Assembly: GCA_977017645.1 (NCBI GenBank)
Contig: OZ360222.1
Location: forward strand, 225,928,001-225,992,000
Length of the DNA stretch: 64,000 nucleotides
Source of the DNA: Torpedo marmorata
Lineage: Eukaryota
Reading direction: 5' to 3'
In this document: positions 36,975 to 50,624 of the stretch, piece by piece
Layout: the number at the start of each line of letters is the position of its first letter
How positions within the stretch are numbered: position 1 is the first letter of the stretch
Position numbers and translations under genes: made by a program
The notes under the pieces: generated by a model
What the model saw: the letters and a program-made list of their open reading frames with translations, nothing else
Database searches by the model: none
Told to the model about the DNA's origin: nothing

Positions 36975-37120
36975 AAGTAAAACACAAAAATCTGCAGACT
37001 CCGAGGTTGAAGTAAAAACACAAAGCTGGAGAAACTCAGCAGGTCAAGCAATGTCCTTTATATAGCAAAGGTAAAAATACGTAACCGACATTTCGGGCTT
37101 GAGCCCTTCATCAAGGTATG
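36975..37120 (-). mobile_element. Penelope-type terminal-repeat fragment with minimal hammerhead ribozyme motif
   Basis: Minus strand reads ATACC-TTGATGA-A-GGGC-TCAA-GCCC-GAAA-TGTC-GGT, then GACCTGCTGAGTTTCTCCAGC; related copies at 32472, ~16000, ~17260, ~38600. Confidence 0.6.
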
Positions 37121-37470
37121 GGAATGTATTGATAGTCCTTCATAGCCGTGTCAAAATTCTGAATGTCCCACAGAAATGCACTGTAGAAGGACTGCAGTGG
37201 TTCAAGAAGGCAGCTCAGCCACCAAATTTCCAAGGGCAGTTCGGGATGGCAGTGAATGCTGGTCTTGCCTATGATACCTATATCACAAAAAAAAATGAAA
37301 TCAACAATGTTAGAAATAATCTGAGGCAAACACTTTTCATTTTTCTGTGTATCTGAGAAGTAAGAAAAGAGTTTTCCCAACAATGTTGAAAATGCATATT
37401 GCCTGAGCTCGATTTCTCCATCCTTCTGTGGCCAGCAATCCTCCTGCACTGGAAGGTTCATATAATCAAG

Positions 37471-37838
37471 AGCCCCTTTCACACTGGAACCTTGTCATAG
37501 TAATTGACGGCCGATTTACCGGTTAAGGGTCCGGTGTGAAAGCGAATTAATCAGCACGACGGCGTCAAATCACGCCGGGGATAGGCGGCCTTGACCCCTA
37601 CTCTCATCCCCGGTGTCATCTGACGACTGCGTGCCGATTAGCCCAGTGTGAAAGGGACAATTAGTATCGGGACATTTTCGGTAGAAGGTAGACTTTCCTA
37701 TCCCCAGGAATTCCTTGTGGTGAATGTGAAAGGACGCAGTGTCCCGGTTAACAGTGGCTCAGTGTGAACAGCAAAAATGGCTTCTTTAACCGGGACACTG
37801 AACGGCCAATCTACTGGTTAGACAATGTGAAAGAGGCT
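37471..37838. mobile_element. PIF/Harbinger-like MITE
   Basis: TIRs AGCCCCTTTCACAC / GTGAAAGAGGCT; repeated internal GTGTGAAA motifs; CpG-rich; TSD unclear. Confidence 0.65.
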
Positions 37839-37939
37839 AATGAGAGGACAGCACTTTGAATTGAATTGTTTGATGCCATGCATATTAAGTATCAGGTTTT
37901 GTTTTGCCTGCTATTCAGGCAAGATGACCCATTTTAAAT

Positions 37940-38370
37940 ACAGTGGGTAGTGCAATAATAAAACAAATGTCGGGTGTAGTTTTACCATTGTCAAAAAGTA
38001 CAGGGTACAGTGTCTCTGGGACAAAGTGCAGGATATAGAGAAAAGGGACATCATCTTTTGTCATGAAAGGCCCATTCAAGAGACTGATAACAGCAGGAAC
38101 GAAACTGTTCTTAAACCTGGAGCTTTACATTTTCAAGCTTGTGTATCTTCTTACCAATGGAGGGAGAAAAGAGTGTGACCAGGATGGGATGGGTCCTTTA
38201 ATATATTGGTGGCTTTGCCAAGGCAGCAGGAGATATGGATGAAGGGGAGGTTTGCTTGCGTGATAGACTGAGCTGCATTCACAACTCTGAGTTTCTTGTG
38301 GTCTTGGGCAGAGCAGTTCCCAATCCTAGCTGTGATGTATCCAGGCAGGATGCTTTCTATTTTAACATAA
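37940..38370 (-). mobile_element. Degenerate Rex1/Babar 3' fragment
   Basis: IESILPGYITA...NILKDPSHPGHTLFS on the minus strand. Confidence 0.75.
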
Positions 38371-39974
38371 GTATGCAGGAGGAAGTGGCAATGGTATCTG
38401 ACAAAATATGCCTTATTTTTCGTTCCCAATGAGAAAAGAAAAATCTTGAGACAAATTTCTCAGATATATTCCTTTACATCAGGGGAAATCATTGGATGAA
38501 ATGTCAGTTTCCAATAATGTTGAAAGAATTTTTTTTTAAATCTGCAGTTGTTTGAAATCTGATATACTGTACAAAAAGAAAATGCTGTGAACCCTCAGCG
38601 GATGAGGCGTCTCAGACTTGAAACTTTAACCCTGTTTCTCTCATCATGGATGCTGCCTGAGCAGCTGAGTGTCTCCAGCACTTTCTGGCTTGTGTTAAGA
38701 TTCAAGAGCCTCTGTGTTTTGGTTTGTTATATAGCACACAGTAAGTACAGTATCACACCACTCGTGCAGTGTTTTCCCCCCTCAGGGACACACATGAACC
38801 CCACACGAAAGGGACCAATAAATCCACAATTGCTTATCTCATGAAAGCTGATGCTGAGTAAGCTTTCAGCTTCAATTACACCTCTTTTAATGAGATACTG
38901 ATTGCTTTGTAAAGAGATTGAGGCATCACACTTTGTCAATGGTACAGATGCCATTCAGCCTATCAATGGAGAGGTCACAGACACTAGAAGCGGAGACAGA
39001 TATATCCACAAAGGGTGATGCTATCATATGTCCTCATTCAATCGTTTGCTTCTGTTGTACCAGAAGGAGAGCAAAACCAGGAATGCCCTCCCCTCCCCCC
39101 ACAAAAAATACCGAAACTCTGCCGTTCCTTTCCTAAATATTTCCCTCTCTAAGACTCCACAACTGTGCCTCTTTTGGTTATTTTCCTTCATAAGTAAATT
39201 TCATTTGTGCATTTAAATAAAGTACAAAAACTATCAAAACTGTCTCTTATGAAGATTTTAAAATAATGTAAATTTGAGGGAAGTATTGGGATATTGTGCA
39301 CATTTGCATGTTACACACAAAATAACTGGGGAAGTACTCATCGATTTGAAATGACTTTCAGATGCAGTCATGTATTTATGTTTTCTGTACTGCGACTAAT
39401 GGACCATTTCCAACATGCCCTTAAAAGATTTTTGGGTTTGAAATGCATTAAACAATCTGTTGACATGGTATTGATTTTTTTTTAGAATTTGAAGTTGTTT
39501 ACTACTTTTCACATAGGACTTTGTTGCACTTAAATAAAGCTATCACCTTGCACCTTCAAGTGTGTTTAAGTCCCCTTAGACAATAAGGTTGATGCATTTT
39601 ACATTGCTGAAAAGGCCGTCTCGTCATCTAGCCTTGTTTTTCATGTGTTAAGTGGAAGCTGTGGTATTTCAACTGACAGCAATGACTAATGGTACTGCTT
39701 GAGTTTCAATTGCATGATTTCAGAAATTTCTTGTGGAAACTTTGGTCCTGGGGTGCATCAAGAGTACTACTGCTGTGTCAGAGATATTTGTTTCTATCCA
39801 TGCAACCTCTTCAATTAAAATTGTAACCAATAGTATTGTTGTTCCATGATAGCACCCCAGCAGAAAAGGGAGGGTCTGCAGTAGTAACTTGAACCTGTAA
39901 TGGAACTTGGAGAATATCCCCAATTTAGCACATGTTAGTCAGGAATGAATCAACCTTTGATCAATAATTGAAAG

Positions 39975-42206
39975 ATATTTAATATATCTAATAATACCTT
40001 TTTTCTGTTATTATCAAGTAAAGGCCTTTCTGAATGAAAAACTGGGAATGAATTTGACATTACCAAATTTTAGTGAGGCTGAGTTGTTGATTCATAACAG
40101 TAATATACGTAAATTTATCTCTGTAATGTATGTTTTGTTACAAAAGGGATCTTCTAAAGAAGGGATGCATAAGTCAAGAGAGAGATGGGAAGTTGATTTG
40201 AATAGGCAAATAGATGAGCGAAATTGGATGGAGTTGTGTAGGGATAGTAGGACAAATACAATTAATAAGATATAGATTAGTACAATATAATTTTTACATC
40301 AGTTATACCTTACCCATAATTGTTGATCAATTGTAATATTTAAATCTGTTTCCCATCTCTGTCTAGATCTATTAACCCCTTGTTTAGGAGCTCCAGCTTG
40401 TAGTAGTTCATAATTCTTAGAAGTATTTTTTTTAAATAATTCCTCTCCTAATCAAAATTTCTACTTCATTACATCTAGGTAAAGACATAGTTGGTTCCAA
40501 TTTATCTCTCAGATATGCTTTTAATTGAAAATAACAAAAAAAAGTATTTTGTTGTATGGCATATTTGTTCCTCAACTGTAAAAACGACATTAATTGACCT
40601 CTTTCATAATAATCTTCAAGATTTACAATCCCATTACGGTGCCAAATATTCAAAAATTGATTATCTTTTGAAAAAGCTATAAATGGATTTTGATTTAGTG
40701 GCGTTTTAGGCGATTATGGATCCCTTTATTCCAATTTCATCTTTTATGGGAAAATCTATGTAAAGATTCTATGACTAATACTATAAATGTAAGATATAGA
40801 TTAGTCCAATATAATTTTTTGCATCAATTATACTTAACACCACAGAAACTACATAAAATAAAACTAGAATTATCTGATCAATATTTTAGATGTGGTGAAG
40901 ATGTAGGTTCTTTTATACATTCAACTTGGTCTTGCCCCAAGGTAAAAAACCTTTTGGTTAGATATACAAAATTTTTTAGAACAAGTTACAGGAATTGTAT
41001 TTCCACAAACCCCCGATTTAGCTCTTTTAGGGAATATTGAGGGTGCAAGACCTAAATTGAAACTATCAAATTATCAATTGGTATTTGTTAAATTAGCTTT
41101 AGCAGTAGCGAGGAAATGTATTGCTGTGACTTGGAAATCCAATACATCCTTGGATATGCAAAGGTGGCATGCTGAAATTCAAAGTTGTATTCCTTTAGAA
41201 AAATTTACATATAACTTGAGGAATAAATATTCTACTTTTTTGCAAATATGGTGCCCGTATACCCAAATAATGAGATTAAATTTGTAAAGATGTTTTAAAC
41301 ACCTCCAGAACTGCGAGATCATCCTCTAAATGTATTTATATGATATGTTGAGATGTGTCACGAGCTGTGCTCCTCTATGCAATCCAAAAATGTCTTTTTT
41401 CTTTTTCTTTTTCTTTTTTATACTTATAGATATTTGTGATATAAATGCATATTTTGTGGGGGGGAGGTTGGGGGGAGGGGGAGAAGGGATGGGGTAAGAT
41501 TGTATTATTAAAATTTTAAATAAAATATTCAAAAAAAAGTTATACCTTACCCCGCAAAAGTTACATAGATTGAATTATACATTACCAGATTTGTGTTTTA
41601 GATGTGGACAAGAGGTTGGTACATTTTTTCATTCTACTTGGCAGTGTCCTAAGGTAAAACCTTTTTGGCTTGATGTGAGTAATTTATTACAACGAATAAC
41701 AGGGATTAAATTCCCGCAGGATGCTATTTCTGTTAGGCAATATTAAAGGCATTACACCTAAATTAAAATTAAATATGTATCAAATAAAGTTTGTAAAAAT
41801 CGCCTTAGCAGTATCTAGGAAATGTATTGTTATAACTTGGAAATCAGATACAGACTTAGGAATGGAGAGATGGAATGCAGAAATTCGTAGTTGTATACCA
41901 CTTGAGAAAATTACATATAGCTTAAGGAATAGATACCATATATTTTGGAAAATATGGCGCCCATATTTGCAGAGTGTTGGAATGAATGTTTAACCATTTC
42001 TCTGGTAACCTCAATCCTTGGTGAACTCCTTTATTTCATGATAAATATGATTTCTGGAAAATGACTCTCTTGACAATCTCTGGTCTTTTTTCTTACATCT
42101 TGTACCTTTTTCATTCTTTCTTCCTTCTTTCTTGGGGCTTTAAAGATTTGTATTGTAAATTATATTTGGTGGTTAAAAAATAAAAAAATAAAAAAAATTT
42201 TTTAAA
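39975..42206 (+). mobile_element. 5'-truncated L1/Tx1 host copy, interrupted by a nested L1
   Basis: ORF2 C-terminal remnants; TSD AATAATTGAAAG at 39963-39974 and 42207-42218. Confidence 0.85.
40316..41537 (+). mobile_element. Nested L1 with 5' inversion (40316-~40745 inverted)
   Basis: TSD AGTTATACCTTACCC at 40301-40315 and 41538-41552; minus ORF 40432-40653 is ORF2 sequence that lies just upstream of the plus segment starting ~40745. Confidence 0.88.
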
Positions 42207-43063
42207 AATAATTGAAAGGAAGACTTTTATACCAGGTATAAGATACCTTAACAAGTCTAGAAGGGCTCCATGGAAAGATGTTAGAAAATGTCATAAACAC
42301 AGATATTAATGCTCAAGCAAAAGGAGAATATTGCTATGTCGCATTTTCTATGTTGTACATGACTTGAATATCAAAGTGAATAAAATTGAGAATTGAAAAT
42401 TGTGAAATGTAAACAAATATAAATGAACAGTAAATGTAGACATATTAAGTAACTTTGGGAATAAATCAGGCCATGTGGATCTGTAAATTATGTCCTGGAA
42501 AGTGTGCAGGAATCTATCTTGACAAATGGGTTTTCATGAGATTTCCAGCTCATCAACAAATAATTCTGTAAATTCAATATGCAATGTTGATCTGATGCCA
42601 GCAGTGCCATTTTCAAATTGCCAACTCACTATCTTAATCTTGCACAGCCAAAACACACACATAATGGCACATCCGCCAATGTTATTTCCTCCTCTACCTA
42701 TTTCTGAAGTTTTTCCACAGTTCGCAAAATTTTAAATAATCATCAGGGCGGGAGTTCATGTCATTTTACATCTTGAACTGCAACAAATTCCTTCAGGTCA
42801 TGTATGATCTGGTACAGTTTGCTACGGGGATTAAAACTGATGGAAAGAGAGAAAAGTGATTGTATGGAATAAGACAAAACGTTTAGAGCAGCTGGGGAAG
42901 GAGAGCAGCTGTACCAGCAGGTCGTGACTGGGGAGAGCCTGAAAGCAACAATTCCTTTATTCAATTGTGAGAAATGTACAAGACATGAATGTTTCACAAA
43001 AAGGTTGTGGTGAAATTATTAAATGTTTCAGTTGAATCTGCAACGTTAAAGCAGAGCAAGGAC

Positions 43064-44700
43064 AGTAGGTTCTTCTTCTCAAAGCGGGCATAGAAGGTGT
43101 TCAGCTCATCAGGTAGTGAAGCATCGCAGCCGTCTATAGTGTTCGCCCTCGCTTTGTAGGCTGTAATGGCCTGCACTCCCTGCCATAGCTGGCGTGTATC
43201 TGTCTCCGTCTCTAGCTTCCTCCGAAATTGCCACTTTGCTTCAGAGATGGCCTTCTGCAGGTCGTGCCTGGACTTCTTGTAAAGATCCTGGTCCCCAGCC
43301 TTAAACGCCCTTGTTCTCGCCCTCAGCATATTGCGAATTCTCTGATTCATCCAGGGCTTCTGGTTGGGGAACACCCGGTATTTGCGCGTGGGCACACACT
43401 CATCCACGCAGGTCTTGATGAAGTCGGTGACACCTGTTGCATATTCATTCAAGTCTATGGATGAGTTCTTCAATATGTTCCAGTCCACCGATTCAAAGCA
43501 GTCCTGCAGACGCTCCTCCGCCCCCCTCGACCATACTTTCGCCATCCTCACCACTGGTGCTGTGGTTTCTGTCTCTGCTTGTACGCCGGGAGTAGAAGTA
43601 CAGCCAGGTGATAAGACTAGCCGAAGTGCAGTTGTGGTATGGCTCGGTATGCGTTCTTCAAGGTGGTGTAGCAGTGGTCGAGTGTGTTGGTTCCCCTGGT
43701 CTCGTATGTGATGTGTTGGTGGTAGTTTGTCAGTGACTTCTTCAGATTGACCTGATGGAAGTCTCCCACAATGATCGTGAAGGCATCAGGATGTGCTGTC
43801 TCATGGCTGTTTATCACAGTGCTCAGTCCCTCCAGTGCCAGCCTGACGTTAGCCTGGGGCGGAATGTACACTGCGACCAGGATGATGGTGGTCAACTCCC
43901 TCGGCAGATAGAATGGGCGACACTTGATCGCCAGATGTTCCAGGTCGGGGGAGCAGGACTGGGACATGACCGTCACGTCTGTGCACCACGATGAATTGAT
44001 GATGGCACAAACGCTGCCTCCCCTGATTTTTACAGACGCCGGTGTTCGGTCAGCGCGATGGAGGGTGTAGCCCTTGGGCTGCAGCGCCGTGTCCGGAATG
44101 TCCGCGTTTAGCCACGTTTCTGTAAAGCACATCACGCAGCACTCCCTGATGACACTCTGATGTTGAAGTCTGGCTTGGAGTTCATCAAGTTTGTTCTCCA
44201 AGGATTGTACGTTGGCCAGGAGGATGGTAGGGAGCGGAAGCTTCAGGTCCCCGCGTCTCAGCTTGACCTGTAGCCCCCCTCTGCGTCCATGTGGTTGGGT
44301 CTTCTTTACCTTGCCCGTGGGTCCGCTGCTGGTAGTTCCCGCAGTGTTTAAATGGTCCGTGCACTGCCCCTTTAAATCCTCCGTGATGTGTAAGTGTGCT
44401 GAGTGCCTGCTGTCTGCGACTCTCGCGAAGTTTAAATGGCCCATTCTCTGGCTGTTTAAAGGTCCCGCGGTTTTGTTGTTGTACTTGCGTGAGCTGTTTA
44501 AAGGTCCCGCGGCCCGACGGAGACTGCTGCTTCTGCCAACTCCAAGGTCTGCCAGCGATCTTTGTACATCCATGCTGTCGGGTAAGTTTGATTTTATGTT
44601 TCTTATTTTTTGTTTGATTTTTAGAAGTTCTGAACAGGAATATTTGATTATTCCCTTCAGAGCTGCACGCAAAGAGTCGCCGCTGTAAGGCGCCATCTTG
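43064..44700 (-). mobile_element. Rex1/Babar LINE 5' half (APE endonuclease), RT missing
   Basis: 5' end CAAGATGGCGCC; LANVQSLENK, CFTETWL, GDFH, TLDHCY endonuclease motifs; ends abruptly at ...FEKKNL. Confidence 0.88.
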
Positions 44701-46685
44701 TAACTATGGGCCTGAAAAAGTCTCATACTTCATGCACTGTTGAACTGAATTGTACTGTAAAATCCTTATTGATTGCAAAAGCAATAAAAAGTAGACATAT
44801 TGATTACACAAAAAGTTGGTACGTTTTTCAGCCAGAGTATATTATTAGAAAAACCAAAATCACTTTCCATTGAAACAGCAAAGTAGTATGAATATTTACA
44901 TAAGAGAGATATTCCAAGTTATACAGGAGTTGAAATGTTCTTTTGCCAATGAAAAAATGGGCCAGGAATGTGCACCAGTCACTTGATTTAAATAGGTGTT
45001 TTTGAAAGGATTATTGCCTTTGGCAATGATGATATCTCAGAATCATGCATTCTTCATCGTGGATGGCCAGGCCCAACTGGTCAATGATCACAGTTCCACT
45101 CAAACTGTCATGGAAAATGAGAAACTGATAGGTACCATTCAACTTCCTGGGAAATAGAGGAAATGATTTGTCCAGAATAAAACTGCAATGGATCCACCAA
45201 TGAGATCAGATGTGTTGATCAAATTATATCTCGTGATTGAATGCCGATGGAAATCGATGCTAGATCACTTTTTTTTAGACATATAGCACAGTAACAGTCC
45301 CTATCGGCCCACAAGTGAAGTGAAGTTAATGTGAAGCTGTCCTGGAAGGCAGTTAGCCAACTACAGCATGCAAAGTTTGTGTGCTAAGGAAATTTAATAA
45401 AACACCTGATTTAGAGCTAGCTAACCTATATAGCAGTGGATGGGAAAGTGAAATCTCCAGAAGTGAGTTTATAATACAATGTCAAAAGCAAGTATATCTT
45501 CCACAAAGAGAATATTGAGACACACTTTGTGGATTTGCAGTGCTGAACATTTGTGGATCTGCTATCAAGGGCCAGGCAAATATGTATTAGCTGGTGAATC
45601 AGATATTGCACTGTTACAAAATTCAAACCAGCGACGACAAAAGACGCAATGCAAAAGGGGTAAAATTGAAATTTATATTTATTAAAGACAATTAAACATA
45701 TAATTTCACAACAATTAACCCCACTATAAACATCTATAAACACTATTCTTATCTAAAAGGTGTGTGTGTGTGTGTGTGTGTGTGTAAAGCCCAGACCATT
45801 ACAGTCTGTGCCCAACCCTCATGTAAAAATGGAAAAACTTTCCCCAAAAACCCCAGGTCAGTCATAAAAACAAGTCAGTCAAAAAAAAAAATACAGTCCA
45901 CAAAAATTCACTCTCTATGTTCAGGGTCCAAATTCAGCTCTGTATGCTGGCAAGCAGGACTTCTTATTGAACGTTGGAGAGAGAAAATGACTGTTTATGC
46001 TTACGAATACTTGGCTTGCTTTTCTTCTCTGATGACCTTCCCTTCTGGTGTTTTCACAAGGATTGCGAATTCAAATCCATTTTGGATTTAGGCATGTACT
46101 TGGATCTCACAGCCGGTTCCTCACAAAAGCTGTTCTCAACTCAGGATTCTGCCGAATCATCAGGCCTTGTTTTTCTCCCAACCGTTTCCCCTGGGATGCA
46201 CAAGCCTGGACTTTTCTGATTCAAGAGACTCTGTGCTATTCTCCCAACTTCTTCTCTGGGATGCACAAGCCTGGATCCTGCTGAGCTCTCCCGCCTTTGC
46301 AACTCCAAAACTGCCACTGAATTAGTTTTCCACTTCAGGCCTCACAGTAGAGAGAGAGTTTCTCTAGCTTTCTTCTTCCAAAGTTTCACACCAAGTAATT
46401 TCCACAGTTTGTCTCCCCCTGATATCTCTCTCTGGTAAATACAAGAAGTCCTGAGCAAGTTAACTCTTTCAGTACCAGGTCCCAGTGTATACACCAAAAG
46501 ACTTCATCCTCCCTGCTTACCGTCCGCAGTCCAAACTGTCAGTCATGGTCCATAACACCTCCCACCCACAAAGAAAATTTTGGTCAGCAAAAACAAAATT
46601 TTGGAAATTGAGGTGTTACAATATATACAAAACCCACAATGTTCATCCACAAACATAAAATATGAACTATTTTCATTTATAAAGT

Positions 46686-49600
46686 TTAGCATCTAGAAAG
46701 ACAATCAGCAATTACATTATCTTTCCCTTTTATATGTGTTATTACCAAATCATATTCTTGCAAAATTAGACTCCAATTCAATAACCGTCTATTCTTATTT
46801 TTCATTTTACAAAGAAAAACCAATGGATTATGGTCGGTATACACTATGAATGGTTTTTGAGCTGTACAGATATAAACATCAAAGTGTTGTAGTGCCAACA
46901 CAAGAGCCAACAACACTTTTTCTATGGTTGAATAATTCCTTTGATGATCATTGAACTTCTTCGAGAAGTAGGATACCGGATGGTCAATGTCCTCTTCATT
47001 CTTCTTCTGTAACAGCACCGCGCCCACAGCTTCATCGCTGGCATCCACGGCTAAAGAAAATGGCTGTTCTAAATTAGGTGACTTAAGCACAGGTTGGTGG
47101 CATAACATGGCTTTCAATTTGACAAATGCTTCCTGACAACCTGTCGACCATACAAATGTTTCTCTCCTTCTAAGCAAATTTGTGAGAGGGAGTGCAAGAT
47201 CAGCAAAGTTTGTACAGAACTTGCAGTAGTAGCCAATAATTCCCAGGAACCTCCTCAGAGTTTTCTTACCAGTTGGAACTGGGAACTCGGAAATAGTAAC
47301 AACCTTTGCCTCTACTGGCGCCAACTTCCCCTGTCCTACTACATAACCCAGAGAATTAACAGTCCCATGACCCTCTCTGAAACTGGTTTTATCTGTCTCC
47401 TCCTTACCCCTGTCAATAACCAGAACATCTGGTAAATGTTCAGTCCCTTTTTGCGGCTCCTGTTCAAAATATGGCTTAATCATATTCACATGACAGACCT
47501 GTGTGTCTCGTCTGCGATTAGGTGTTTCTATGACATAGGTGACATCATTAATTTTTGACTTAACTCTATAGGGTCCTGAAAATCTAGCCCTAAGAGGATT
47601 TGAATGGATGGGAAACAGAACTAATACGTCCTCACCAGGTTTAAGAGTTCTCATCTTAGCCTTTCGATCATACCAAACCTTCATTCTCTGTTGAGTGGCC
47701 TTTAAATTCTCCTTTGCCATCTCACAAGCCCTATGCAACCGATCCTTAAATTTTGAAACATAATCTAACAGATTTAAATGCACATCACTATTAATCCACT
47801 GTTCTTTTAATAATCTTAAAGGACCTCTCACCTCATGTCCGAAAGCTAACTCGAATGGACTAAAACCAAGTGATTCTTGGACAGACTCCCTCGCTGCAAA
47901 TAACAACAAATGAACCCCCTCATCCCAATCCTTTTTATTTTCACAACAATTGGTTCTAATCATGTTTTTCAAAGTCGAATGGAACCTCTCCAAGGCCCCT
48001 TGACTTTCTGGATGGTACGCAGAGGATGCAATCTGTTTAACTCCCAGTCCATCAACCACTTGTTGGAAAACGCCTGACATGAAATTCCCTGATCTGATTG
48101 AATTTCCCTTGGCAAACCTACCAAGGTGAAAAACTTTACCATAGCCTTTACAATTGACTTTGCTTTAATGTTTCTCAGAGGAATGGCCTCTGGAAATCTG
48201 GTGGCTGCACACATAATTGTTAACAAATATTAATTTCCTGCTTTGGTTTTGGCCAATGGGCCAACACAGTCCACAATTACTCTCGAGAAAGGCTCACTGA
48301 AAACAGGGATACGTTGCAAGGGTGCCACCGGGGGACCCTGATTAGGTTTACCCACCACCTGACAAGTGTGACAGGCCCGGCAAAAGCTTTCAACCTCCCT
48401 TCTCAAACTGGGCCAATAAAATTGTTTCATTAACTTCCTTATAGTTTTCTTCACTCCAAGGTGACCACCTAAGGGTGTACTATGAGCCAAAGTTATTATT
48501 GCATCCCTATATACTTTAGGGATCACAACCTGCTGCACTACTGCCCATTCTTCATTGGCAGGAACATCACATGGTCTCCACTTTCTCATCAACACCCCAT
48601 CTTTTTCATAATAACCCACTGGCACCTCTTCAGAGAGAACCTTATCCCTCACCTCAGCAAGATCAGGATCGTCCTTTTGCCTTGCTATTAGCTCCTGTCG
48701 GGATAGTGACAAATCTGTGCCTTTAGGTGTCTTATCAGTGAATGGGTGTAACATAGGAGATTGCTCAACCTTTTCCAGGTGTTCTTGATTATCACTGACT
48801 TTTTCTTTCACCAAGTTTTTTCCACTGCCTTCTCTACAGTAACATTTTTCTTAGACATGGCCCTGGTTATGGCACATGCCGGATAAATATCAGAGTCTTT
48901 CTCTGACTTATTAATGACTAGCTTAGTGGTCATTTGCACTGCAGGAACTACTTTACCCTTGGCCAAGTCATTGCCTAGCAACAGTGAGAATCCTTCTACT
49001 GGCAACTCTGATCTCACTCCTATTATAACAGGTCCTTCCACCAAGTCTGAGTGCAACACTATTTTATCCAAAGGAATGGACTCAACATCACCCCCAATTC
49101 CTTTAATTAAATTTATGTCACCGGTGTCAGTAGCTTCACAAAATTCCAAGACACTATCTATCACAAGTGACTGAGCAGCTCCAGTATCTCGCAAGATTTT
49201 CACTGGAACTTGTTTTGATCCTGCCTTAACTGAAACAAAACCATCCGTCACAAAAGGTTTAAATACATCTATAACTTTGTCAGTAAATTTATCTCCTTCC
49301 TGGGTGTTATGCCTCTTCTCACTCTGAATACAAGCATTAGGTGTTGCATCCTTTTCTCTTTTCTTTTTCAACACTGGACAACTTGCTAGCATATGACCAG
49401 CCTTCCTACAGTAGTGGCAAATGGGACCCGAAGGGTTTTCCCTTTTCCACTTTCTTTCATCCCTTTCCTTAACACCACTTCCAAATTTACTTTCCACTTG
49501 CTTGGGATTATCCACAGTGACCTTTTGGAAAATTCTGCCTGACGTCCACTTAGGCTTGTGGGTTAAAGCATATTCATCTGCTAACTTAGCTGAATTTTGT

Positions 49601-50545
49601 CAAGTTTTCACCTCCTTTTCATCTAAGTATGCCTTAATATCCTCAGGAACACACCTTTTTATCTCCTCGATTATTATCAATTCTCTCAATTGATTGTAAT
49701 CATTATTTACTGCCTTAGATGTGCACCATCTGTCAAAACACACAACTTTTTCATAGGCAAACTCTGTATAAGATTGGGTTGCTGATCTTTTTAAATTTCT
49801 AAACTTCTGTCTATAAGCCTCTGGAACTAACTCATAAGCCTGGAGTATAGCCTTTTTCACCGTTTCATAATCAGCAGCTTGCTCTGTGGTAAGAGTACAA
49901 TAAGCTTGCTGAGCTTTTCCTTTTATTACACTTTGTAACATAAGAGACCATTGGTCTTGTGGCCATTTTAATTTCACAGCCACCTTCTCAAAATGCTGGA
50001 AGTACTTATCTATTTCTGCCTCCTCAAATGGAGGAACCAACCTAACTTCTCTACTCGCCAAAAACCCCTCAGCAGGATGACGAATTTGATCTTGGTGCTC
50101 TTCTTGTCTCCTCTCATTTTCCAACCTCATCTTTTCCAGCTCATATTTCCTATTTTTCTCATCGTTCTCTAAGTCTAATCTCTTTTGTTCCCTGGCTACC
50201 TCCAATTCTAATTTCTTTTCTTCCCTGGCTGCCTCCAATTCTAATTTCTTTTGTTCCCTGGCTACCTCCAATTCCAATTTTTTTAGTTCCAATTGTATGT
50301 TTTCAGATGGTTTACCCTTTTGAAACTGCTCTAACATGCTCTCCTCAATTTTTAAAAAATTTTATATAGTATTTGACAATTTTTCTCCCAATCTCTGCCT
50401 TTTTCATAGATGGTTTTACAGAAGCAATGCCCAACTCTGTTGCTATAGCCACTAACCGTTCCTTTTTCGCCTTTTTTAATGTATCAGGTTCAGGTGATTC
50501 CAAAAATTTTCCTACATCCATTCTTGCTGGTTTTTCGTTACACAC
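46686..50545 (-). pseudogene. Gmr1-like gag-pol remnants
   Basis: Gag with SCAN-like AILQAYELVPEAYRQKFR, CCHC CHYCRKAGHMLASC, protease LRDTGA, IN HHCC/DDE, GPY, RNase H VDASD; several frameshifts. Confidence 0.92.
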
Positions 50546-50624
50546 ACACTAGCTTTTAATTAGCTTTACAAAAGGAACGTCTTAAACCAGACTGGGATTC
50601 CTTCAATTACGAAGATGGATTTTT

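Noticed and set aside
44996-45131. Possible exon (VFLKGLLPL...NEKLI)
   Set aside because: Weak acceptor and donor, no recognisable peptide
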